Shown piece after piece: positions 7,945 to 16,062 of a DNA stretch of 64,000 nucleotides; the first letter of the stretch is position 1; every line of letters begins with the position of its first letter. The notes under the pieces are model-generated. The model saw nothing but the letters and a program-made list of their open reading frames with translations, had not been told where the DNA came from and did no database searches. A program made the position numbers and the translations under genes. The DNA comes from a bacterium HR35 (GTDB taxonomy: Bacteria > Patescibacteriota > Minisyncoccia > UBA6257 > HR35), in assembly GCA_002898235.1 (NCBI GenBank), contig BEIL01000002.1:51264-115263 (forward strand), read 5' to 3'.

Positions 7945-10900
7945 ATGAGACAAAAACAAAAAATTTCTTTTATTAAAAGGTTTTTTACCAAAGAAAATGT
8001 TCATCCCTACGACGAAGTAAATTGGATAAAAACTACAGCTGAAATTCCTGGTTCTGGTTTTAGAATGGAAGATGTAGAATTTCCTGATTTTTACAGCCAA
8101 AATGCAATTAATATCATTGCTTCTAAATATTTCAAAGTAAATAAAGGCAAACAAGAAAAAAGCTTAAAAGAACTTATTGATCGGGTTGTCAAAACCTCTA
8201 AAAAATGGGGATTAGAACAAGGATATTTTGATGAAAAAGAGGCAGAAATTTTTGAAGCAGAATTAACTTATATTTTACTTCATCAATATGCTGCTTTTAA
8301 TTCTCCTGTTTGGTTTAATTTTGGAGTTGAAGGAAGACCTCAAACTGGTGCTGCATGTTTTATCTTAGATGTTGAAGATAGTATGGAGTCAATTTTGGAT
8401 TGGATTAAAACCGAAGGAATGATTTTTAAAGGAGGTTCTGGTTCAGGAGTTAATTTATCAAAACTAAGAGCAAAAGGAGAACCACTTTCAACTGGTGGAG
8501 TTTCTTCAGGGGTTATTTCTTTTATGAAAGCAGCCGATGCTGTTGCTGGAAGTATAAAATCTGGAGGCACGACGAGGAGAGCGGCAAAAATGGTTGTTTT
8601 GAATGCTGACCATCCTGAAATTATGGATTATATTCGAGTTAAAGCTGAAGAAGAAAATAAAGTTAGAGCTTTGATGGAAGCAGGTTATGATATGACTGAT
8701 TTAAACAATCCTTTGTGGCAAAATATTTTCTTTCAAAATGCAAATAATTCAGTAAGAATTCCTGATGCTTTAATGGAGGCAGCAATGAAAGATGGTGAAT
8801 GGAAAACTTATTATCGCACCTCAGGTAAAGTAGCCCAAGTTTATAAAGCTAAAGATATTTTATGGGAAATTGCTAAAGCTGCTTGGGAATGTGGTGATCC
8901 AGGAGTTCAATTCGATGACACTATCCAAAAATGGCATACTTGTAAAAATTCAGGAAGAATTGAAGCAACTAATCCATGTGTTCCAGGTGATACCTTAATT
9001 GCAACAAATGAAGGTTGGAAAAGAATAAAAGATTTAGTTGGCAAAAATCCAATTATTATTACTCAGAAAATAGAAACGCGGACTACATACGGACTATACA
9101 CGGACTATACACGGACAGAACACAGACAACACACGGACAAAAAGGACAAAATAAATATGTCCGATAAATCTATGTCTAGTCCAAAAAAATCCATTAATAA
9201 GTCCGAACAGTCCGTGTTAAGTCCGATAGAGTCTGTTGAAAATCAGGTTGTTGAGAAAAGAGCTTTAAGAGTTTTTAAAACAGGAATCAAGCCAGTTTAT
9301 AAAATAATAACTCGTTCTGGTTATGAATTAAGAGCAACAGAGGACCACCCAATTTATATTGAAGGCAAAGGAGATGTTAAAGTTAAAGACCTTAAACCAG
9401 GAGATAAAGTAAGATTAATCGGTGCCGGCTTTGGTAATAAATCTTTAGATTCAGATATTGCTTTTATGATTGGTTATTTTGCTGGCGATGGAGCTATAAG
9501 TTATGATTACAACCATCAAAGATTTAGTATTTTCTTTACTGGAGGCAATGAAGATATTTATGCTTTAAATTACATCAAAAGCACAATAAATGAAAAACTT
9601 CAATCTAAACACAAAGCTCAAACTAATTTAAGAAGATTAATCTCAGAGTTTGTTGTTGCTACAAGTAGAGAAAATGTTGCTGAAATTTTAAATCAATATT
9701 TTGATTTTCAAAGAAAAATATTTAAAGATTCAGTTTTCGATTTAGACAAAGAATCAATCAAAAATATTCTTAAGGGATTATTTACTGCTGATGGAACAAT
9801 TACTGGTAATCCTCAAAAAGGATTTTATGTTGGTTTAGATAGTTCTTCTTTAGAGCTTTTAAAACAAGTACAGCTTTTGCTTTTAAATTTTGGCATTAAG
9901 TCAAAAATTTATAAAAATAGAAGAAGCAAATTAGAACAATACTTACCTGATTCTCAAAGAAAATTAAAACTTTATCAGGTAAAACAACAACATAGTTTAA
10001 GAATAACAAGAAGTTCAAGAGTAATTTTTGAAAAAGAAATTGGTTTTTATGAATTGCATCAAAAGCAAGAAAAATTAGAAAATATTAATCAAAAATATGA
10101 AGCTTATAAAGACCATCTTTATGATGAAATTAAAGAAATAGTTTTTGATGGCATTGAAGAAGTTTATGATTTAACTGAGCCAGAAACATCTCATTTTGTT
10201 GCTAATGGTATTTTAGTTCACAATTGTGCTGAATATATATTTCTTAACTGGACAAGCTGCAATCTTAGTTCAATTAATCTCTTAAAGTTTCTTAAAGATG
10301 ATAGTAAATTTGATGTTCCTGCATTTCTTCATACTGTTAGAGTAATGTTTTTAGCTCAAGATATTATGGTTTCTAAAGCTGATTATCCTCATCCAAAAAT
10401 TGCTGAAGAAACTAAAAAATACCGAACAATCGGCTTGGGTTATACAAATTTAGGTGCTTTGATTATGGCATTAGGCCTTCCTTATGATTCTGATGAAGCT
10501 CGAGATTTAGCTGCCAGCATTACAGCTTTAATGACAGGCGAAGCTTACAAACTTTCAACTGAAATTTCAGCCAAACTTGGTCCATTTCCTGAATATGAAA
10601 AAAATAAAGAACCAATGCTTGAAGTAATGGAGCTTCATCGTAAAGCATTAAAAAATGTTAATGAAAATGATTTTAATAAAGAGATTTTAAATAAAGCTAA
10701 AGAAGTATGGGATGAAGTAATTGAGCAAGGTAAAAAATATGGTTTTCGTAATGCTCAAGCAACAGTTATCGCGCCTACTGGGACAATAAGTTTTATGATG
10801 GATGCTGATACTACTGGAGTTGAACCTGATTTTGCTTTAGTTAAAATGAAACAACTTGTCGGCGGTGGTTATATGAAAATTGTAAATAAAACAGTTCCTC

Positions 10901-11841
10901 TTGCTTTAAGAAGGCTTGGTTATAGCGAAAAGGAAATCGAAGATATTGTTAAACACTTAGAAGAAACCCAAAATATTGAAACAGCTCCGCATCTTAAACC
11001 AGAACATTTACCTGTTTTTGATTGTGCTATTAAACCACCTGGAGGAAAAAGATATATTCATTGGTTAGGACATGTAAAGATGGTTGCTGCTATTCAACCC
11101 TTCATAAGTGGTGGAATTTCAAAAACCTTCAATATGCCTAATGAAACAACAATTCAAGAAATTTATGATGCTTACTTTACTGCTTGGAAATTAGGAATTA
11201 AATGTTTTTCTGTTTATCGTGATGGTTCAAAAGCAACTCAAGCTTTATATACTGAAAAGAAGGAAAAGAAACCTCAAGAAAAACTTGGTAGAAGAAGGTT
11301 ACCTGATATTAGGCCATCTGAAACTCATAAATTCTCAGTTGGTGGTCATGAGGGTTATCTAACTTATAGCACTTTTGAAGATGGCAGTCTTGGAGAAATC
11401 TTCATCCGAATGGCAAAGCAGGGCAGTACTTTAGCAGGCCTTTTAGATGCTTTTGCAATTGCAGTTTCAATTGCTCTTCAATATGGAGTGCCCTTAAAAG
11501 AACTTGCTAGTAAATTCATTAATATGAGATTTGAACCATTGGGCTTAACTAATAATGAAAAAATAAAAACAGCTACCTCAATAGTGGATTACATATTTAA
11601 ATATTTAGCTTACCGTTTTCTTTCTAAAGATGAATTAGAAGAATTGGGTCTTTTGACTGAAGTTGATAAAGAAAAACTAGTTTTAAAAGAACATCCAACG
11701 CTATTTGAAATAAAAAATAATCCAAACAATAATTTAGCTGAAATTTCAGGCCCCCCATGTGTTCATTGTGGAGGAATAACAATTAAAACTGGTGCTTGTT
11801 ATACTTGTATAAGTTGCGGAGAAACTACAAGTTGTGGCTAA
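7945..11841 (+). CDS. nrdJ: adenosylcobalamin-dependent (class II) ribonucleotide reductase NrdJ, interrupted by an in-frame intein
   Basis: Extein junction TNP|C..HN|CAEYIFLNWTSCNLSSINL restores the RNR active-site motif NPCAE...CNL; C-terminal CxxC..CxxC zinc ribbon; extein length about 882 aa. Confidence 0.75.
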   Translation: MRQKQKISFIKRFFTKENVHPYDEVNWIKTTAEIPGSGFRMEDVEFPDFYSQNAINIIASKYFKVNKGKQEKSLKELIDRVVKTSKKWGLEQGYFDEKEAEIFEAELTYILLHQYAAFNSPVWFNFGVEGRPQTGAACFILDVEDSMESILDWIKTEGMIFKGGSGSGVNLSKLRAKGEPLSTGGVSSGVISFMKAADAVAGSIKSGGTTRRAAKMVVLNADHPEIMDYIRVKAEEENKVRALMEAGYDMTDLNNPLWQNIFFQNANNSVRIPDALMEAAMKDGEWKTYYRTSGKVAQVYKAKDILWEIAKAAWECGDPGVQFDDTIQKWHTCKNSGRIEATNPCVPGDTLIATNEGWKRIKDLVGKNPIIITQKIETRTTYGLYTDYTRTEHRQHTDKKDKINMSDKSMSSPKKSINKSEQSVLSPIESVENQVVEKRALRVFKTGIKPVYKIITRSGYELRATEDHPIYIEGKGDVKVKDLKPGDKVRLIGAGFGNKSLDSDIAFMIGYFAGDGAISYDYNHQRFSIFFTGGNEDIYALNYIKSTINEKLQSKHKAQTNLRRLISEFVVATSRENVAEILNQYFDFQRKIFKDSVFDLDKESIKNILKGLFTADGTITGNPQKGFYVGLDSSSLELLKQVQLLLLNFGIKSKIYKNRRSKLEQYLPDSQRKLKLYQVKQQHSLRITRSSRVIFEKEIGFYELHQKQEKLENINQKYEAYKDHLYDEIKEIVFDGIEEVYDLTEPETSHFVANGILVHNCAEYIFLNWTSCNLSSINLLKFLKDDSKFDVPAFLHTVRVMFLAQDIMVSKADYPHPKIAEETKKYRTIGLGYTNLGALIMALGLPYDSDEARDLAASITALMTGEAYKLSTEISAKLGPFPEYEKNKEPMLEVMELHRKALKNVNENDFNKEILNKAKEVWDEVIEQGKKYGFRNAQATVIAPTGTISFMMDADTTGVEPDFALVKMKQLVGGGYMKIVNKTVPLALRRLGYSEKEIEDIVKHLEETQNIETAPHLKPEHLPVFDCAIKPPGGKRYIHWLGHVKMVAAIQPFISGGISKTFNMPNETTIQEIYDAYFTAWKLGIKCFSVYRDGSKATQALYTEKKEKKPQEKLGRRRLPDIRPSETHKFSVGGHEGYLTYSTFEDGSLGEIFIRMAKQGSTLAGLLDAFAIAVSIALQYGVPLKELASKFINMRFEPLGLTNNEKIKTATSIVDYIFKYLAYRFLSKDELEELGLLTEVDKEKLVLKEHPTLFEIKNNPNNNLAEISGPPCVHCGGITIKTGACYTCISCGETTSCG
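8977..10224 (+). mobile_element. intein (416 aa) with LAGLIDADG homing-endonuclease domain inserted at the RNR catalytic Cys
   Basis: Block A CVPGDTLIATNEG, block B ATEDHPIYIEG, two LAGLIDADG motifs (IGYFAGDGAIS, LKGLFTADGTITG), block F/G ...SHFVANGILVHN followed by the +1 Cys. Confidence 0.85.
9078..9236. repeat. imperfect palindromic array of ~11-nt repeats (cggac units on the left, gtccg units on the right) lying in-frame inside the intein
   Basis: tacacggacta repeated in tandem about 6 times, then mirror-image gtccg-containing units; local centre ggacaaaataaatatgtcc near 9142-9160; GC-richer than surroundings. Confidence 0.6.
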
Positions 11842-11873
11842 AAAAATCTAAAAGTATTTTGTAAAATTGAATT

Positions 11874-13054
11874 ATGCCAAAAAGTAATGAACCCGTTAGA
11901 TTTGATGATTTTGAGAAACGTCTTAGAGAGAAAGAAAAGGAACATTTAGATTTAATCCATCTTCTTAATGATTTGAATTGGTTAAAAAACTCTTAGCTCT
12001 TTTTGAAGTTTTGTTTATTCATATAAAATCTAATTTGGATAAAATCAAAATTAGCGAAGACGACTATTTATTAAATTTAGAAAACTTTGAGAATTTAGTA
12101 GCACCTAATGTAGGAGAAGAAAATATCGGTATGATTTTAAATATTCTTAGAGAAAAAGGGGGACTACCGGCAAATATTAATGAAATAAAATGGAAAGAAT
12201 TTTTAGAATATCTCGAAAAAGCTTTTGAAAATTTATTTAATTCTATTAAAGGATTTTATGCCGACGAAGAATTAAAAAATAAAGTATTAGAAACTCTTAA
12301 CGAACTTATGTCTCAAATTGATTTATATTTAGAATGTCTCCCCGAACTTTTGCCATTTGATCAGATTTTAATTAAAGATCATTCATCTCCAATTATCAGA
12401 AATATTAGAGAAAAATATAGAGAATTTTTAAAAAGGATTAAGAAAGAAGCAGAAGATATTAAAGATATGTTTGAAGATGAGGTTTTTGGGTATTTGAGAG
12501 AAAGAATAGATGAATTTCAGGAAAGAATAAATACCAAAGTTAAATCTGGTTTTAATAATTCATTAGAAGATATAGATAAAATTATTAAACTTTCTGAAAG
12601 GCTAATAGATAACATCAAATCAAACCCTGAAATAATAGAAAAATTTATTAATGTTTTTTATAGTAGAATATGCGTCATCTATTTCGAATTATTCTATTAT
12701 AGAATTCAAGTTGGTAATATTACTAGAGATCTATCTAAGTTATCTAGAGAAGTTGATACTAGAAGATTAAAAAAGAAAGAGAAAGCCCAAAATTTATTTG
12801 ATAGTTTGAAAAAAAGTTTTGAAATAGTTTTAAAAAAAATAGAGGAAATCAAAAAGAAAATTAATTCCTTAATTTCTGAAATCAATCGGTTAGAAAATTT
12901 ATCAGTAGAAGTTCCTAAATATGAAAAAAGTCTAAAAGAATTTTTATTAAAAAATTTTGAAGATTTAATAAAATCATTAGATAATGTTCTAGATGAAATT
13001 CAAAATTTATTTAAAGTGATAGAATCAATAAAAGAGAGTATATCTTCAAAATAA
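11874..13054 (+). CDS. hypothetical all-alpha/coiled-coil protein; apparent frameshift at an A6 run (11984-11989) splits a 40-aa ATG-initiated N-terminal piece from the 358-aa track ORF (11978-13054, TTG start)
   Basis: Adding one A joins ...LNDLNWLKK to LLALFEV...; the upstream ORF has a proper ATG and no other reason to exist. Confidence 0.4.
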
Positions 13055-13099
13055 GAAATAAAAAATGAAATTTGAAAAATTCGGGAAATTTTTAAAACA

Positions 13100-13597
13100 A
13101 TGAAAAGAAGCCCAGAAAGAAGAAAAAATATAAGAAGACAAATTGAACAAAGAACAAATATACCAGAAGATTATAAAGTGATAATTGAGCAAATTGAAAA
13201 ATTAATTAAAGATTTAAAAGAGTCAGTTGAAAGTTTATTAATAACCTGCCAAACACTAGTTGAAAGTTTACAATATCTTATAGGTCTGCTTAATAGAATC
13301 ATCACTCGTCAAGCCCGTGAGGGAAATATAATATACAAAGGAGGAAGTTTAAATCCAGAAATATTTCGAGATGACTTAGAAGGAGGAGAAAATTTAGAAA
13401 GCTATTTGAATGAAGTTTTTGGAATAGAAGGAGGCAGAAATATTACTTTAGAAGATATAAAAAAGCGAATTGAGGAATTATTAGGGATAGAGGAAAAAGT
13501 AGATGAAATTATAAAATTAATAAATGAATTAGAAGAAAAGAAACAATATTTTCAAAGTTTAGATAAACCACAAAAAAGCCACTGCAACCAAGATTAA
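13100..13597 (+). CDS. hypothetical protein (165 aa, K/E-rich)
   Basis: ORF only; no recognisable motif. Confidence 0.35.
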   Translation: MKRSPERRKNIRRQIEQRTNIPEDYKVIIEQIEKLIKDLKESVESLLITCQTLVESLQYLIGLLNRIITRQAREGNIIYKGGSLNPEIFRDDLEGGENLESYLNEVFGIEGGRNITLEDIKKRIEELLGIEEKVDEIIKLINELEEKKQYFQSLDKPQKSHCNQD

Positions 13598-13602
13598 ATG
13601 TA

Positions 13603-13905
13603 GTGCAAAGAGAAATAAATAGAATCAAATCTGATAGAGAATTATTACAATTACCTCGGACTTTTAGAGACCTTGAATCAAAAATAAAGTCTTCTAAGTT
13701 AAAGCCAACATTTGATAATTTTTCTAAGCTAGTGTCAGGATTAAATAATCATCCAAATCTTTCGTCTTACAGAGATTTTTTTGTTCAGCTTGAAGGAGAA
13801 ATAAGAGGATGGTTAGAAAACATAAGAGGATTTATAGAAAATATCTCTCGTAAAATTAATGATTTAATTCAAAATTTAGAAGAAAACTCATCTAATCTCT
13901 TTTAG
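13603..13905 (+). CDS. hypothetical protein (100 aa)
   Basis: ORF 5 nt after the previous one, likely co-transcribed. Confidence 0.35.
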   Translation: MQREINRIKSDRELLQLPRTFRDLESKIKSSKLKPTFDNFSKLVSGLNNHPNLSSYRDFFVQLEGEIRGWLENIRGFIENISRKINDLIQNLEENSSNLF

Positions 13906-13934
13906 TAATTTAATTCCTTTAATCTTTCTAATTC

Positions 13935-14342
13935 TTAATGTAATCGTTCTAGAAGCTTCTTTTTTAAGGTAGATAAAGCTTCTTCAAATTCCTCCTGACC
14001 AGGAAGTTGTGCTGGCTTATTTTCAAATTGTCCTAATTTTTCTAGAAATCCATTTCTTCCTCTATTAAGTGTTTCTTCAGAAAAATAGGCAGATAATATT
14101 GCTTTTGTTTGTTCGTCTAGGGAGCCTGCAATTTCATTAAAAATTGTATTAAAGTCTTTTATAGGCATTTCGCCCATCATGCCAAAGGCGGAAAGGTAAC
14201 CTTGCTTTCTTATCCCATCCATAACAGTATCAATAAAAGCAATTAATTGTTTTTTTACTTTTTCTAATTCTTCATCTAATTTTTTTTGTTCTACTCGACC
14301 CCCTTCTTCTCGTTTTAAAAACTTTGTCATCTTTTCGTTCAA
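13935..14342 (-). CDS. hypothetical protein (135 aa)
   Basis: ORF directly downstream of the recombinase gene on the minus strand. Confidence 0.35.
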   Translation of the reverse strand: MNEKMTKFLKREEGGRVEQKKLDEELEKVKKQLIAFIDTVMDGIRKQGYLSAFGMMGEMPIKDFNTIFNEIAGSLDEQTKAILSAYFSEETLNRGRNGFLEKLGQFENKPAQLPGQEEFEEALSTLKKKLLERLH

Positions 14343-14374
14343 TTATTAATTATCGCCCCTTATGTTTAAAATAA

Positions 14375-15271
14375 TTATAAAATATTTTTCCTCCTTTTGC
14401 CATGGAAGGCGCGGTGAATTTCTTTAAGTTCTTTATTGGTTAAATGAGTATAAATTTGGGTTGTTTGTAAATTTTTATGGCCTAATAATAGTTGAATAGC
14501 TCTTAAATCAGCTCCAGCCATCAATAAATCAGTTGCAAATTGATGCCTTAGGGTATGAGGAGTTATTTTTTTTAAGATTCCTGATTTTTTTGCATAATAC
14601 TTAATTATTTTTTGAACTCCCCGAGGAGTTATTCTAGTAAATTTTTTGTTTTTGCTTAAATTAATAAAAAGAGCTGGATTATTATCAGTTCTTTTCTCTA
14701 AATATTTTTTTAAATAAAGTTTAGCTAAGGGTGATAAAAAAACAATTCTTATTTTTCCGCCTTTTCCTTTGACTGGTATTTCTCCCTTTTTTAAATCAAT
14801 ATCTCTGTTTAAACTACAAATTTCAGAAACCCTAAGTCCAGTACTAAATAAAGTTTCTAATAAAGCTCGGTCTCTTAAAGATTTTAAATCTTCACCTTCA
14901 GCTGATTTTAAAAATCTATCTAATTCTTCATCGGTTAGAATATTAATTTCTCTTTCAGGAATTTTAGGTAATTCAATTTTTTCTGGATCAAGAACTTCAT
15001 AGCCTTTTTTCTTTAAAAATCTTAAAAAACTTCTTAAAGTAATTAAATAATAACTTTGGGTTTTGATTGAGATGTTTTTTTTGTCAAGATAAAAACGGAA
15101 TTTAAAAATACTTTCTTCATCTAAAGAAGTAAAATTGTTAGTTTTTAACCAGTCAATAATTTTTTTTAATCGTGAAAGATAAACCTTAATTGTTCCTTGG
15201 CTTTTATTTTTTTCCAATCTTAAATAGGCTTCGAAACGAGGTAAAAACGACTCTATTTGTTTTAAATCCAT
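14375..15271 (-). CDS. tyrosine site-specific recombinase (XerC/XerD family)
   Basis: C-terminal catalytic region HTLRHQFATDLLMAGADLRAIQLLLGHKNLQTTQIYTHL (R, H-x-x-R, Y); N-terminal SAM-like core-binding domain. Confidence 0.8.
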   Translation of the reverse strand: MDLKQIESFLPRFEAYLRLEKNKSQGTIKVYLSRLKKIIDWLKTNNFTSLDEESIFKFRFYLDKKNISIKTQSYYLITLRSFLRFLKKKGYEVLDPEKIELPKIPEREINILTDEELDRFLKSAEGEDLKSLRDRALLETLFSTGLRVSEICSLNRDIDLKKGEIPVKGKGGKIRIVFLSPLAKLYLKKYLEKRTDNNPALFINLSKNKKFTRITPRGVQKIIKYYAKKSGILKKITPHTLRHQFATDLLMAGADLRAIQLLLGHKNLQTTQIYTHLTNKELKEIHRAFHGKRRKNIL

Positions 15272-15295
15272 TTTATGTTAAAATAATTATAAACT

Positions 15296-15559
15296 ATGCC
15301 AATTACAAAAGAAAAAATTAGAGAAATTATTAAAAAATATGGGAAGAATGAAAATGATTCCGGTTCTCCTGAAGTTCAAATTGCTTTATTGACAGAAGAA
15401 ATCCTAAATTTAGCTGAACATTTGAAAAAACATAAAAAAGATAAAAATTCTAAGAGAGGATTGATTTTAAAAATTGCTCATCGAAAAAAACTTCTAAAAT
15501 ATTTACAAAAAGTTTCTTTTGAAAGATATAAGAAAATTACTAAAGAATTAGGATTATGA
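15296..15559 (+). CDS. rpsO: 30S ribosomal protein S15
   Basis: 87 aa, ...[25 protein letters not shown].. typical S15. Confidence 0.9.
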   Translation: MPITKEKIREIIKKYGKNENDSGSPEVQIALLTEEILNLAEHLKKHKKDKNSKRGLILKIAHRKKLLKYLQKVSFERYKKITKELGL

Positions 15560-16062
15560 ACTTTTTCGCTACTCCAGATCAAAGGGTTAATATTTTTATC
15601 GATACTCAAAATATCTATCATTCAGCTAAAAATCTTTATAATAAAAAGGTTGATTTTGGTAAATTAGTTTCTCTTTTAGTTGGACCAAGAAAACTAATTA
15701 AAGCTTTTGCTTATGTGATTAAATCAGATTTTACTCCTAAAGAAATTGATTTTTTTGAAGCTTTAATTAATCAAGGAATCCAACTGAGAATTAAGGAACT
15801 CCAAGTTTATCCTGATGGTAGCAAGAAGGCTGATTGGGATGTCGGTATAGCTGTTGATGTTATTCGCTTTAGTCAGTTGGTTGATGTTGTTATTTTAGTT
15901 ACTGGCGATGGTGATTTTTCTCATCTTGTTGAATATTTACAAAATCAAGGTAAACAAGTTGAAATTGCTGGTTTTTCTCAGACAACTTCAGTAAAATTAA
16001 AAGAATTAGCTGATTTTTATTATGACCTTAATGAATTGAGAAATATAATCTTAATATCATGA
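15556..16062 (+). CDS. NYN-domain (LabA-like, PIN-fold) protein
   Basis: [12 protein letters not shown]...[28 protein letters not shown]; ATGA overlaps with rpsO upstream and pnp downstream. Confidence 0.75.
   Translation: MNFFATPDQRVNIFIDTQNIYHSAKNLYNKKVDFGKLVSLLVGPRKLIKAFAYVIKSDFTPKEIDFFEALINQGIQLRIKELQVYPDGSKKADWDVGIAVDVIRFSQLVDVVILVTGDGDFSHLVEYLQNQGKQVEIAGFSQTTSVKLKELADFYYDLNELRNIILIS

Noticed and set aside
7773-8154. Track ORFs 7773-7976 (+) and 7939-8154 (-) around the nrdJ start
   Set aside because: Low-complexity K/F-rich translations that overlap the well-supported nrdJ start and 5' region; typical AT-rich shadow ORFs.
14769-15002. 77-aa plus-strand ORF inside the recombinase gene
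   Set aside because: Antisense to a strongly supported tyrosine recombinase; S-rich low-complexity translation.
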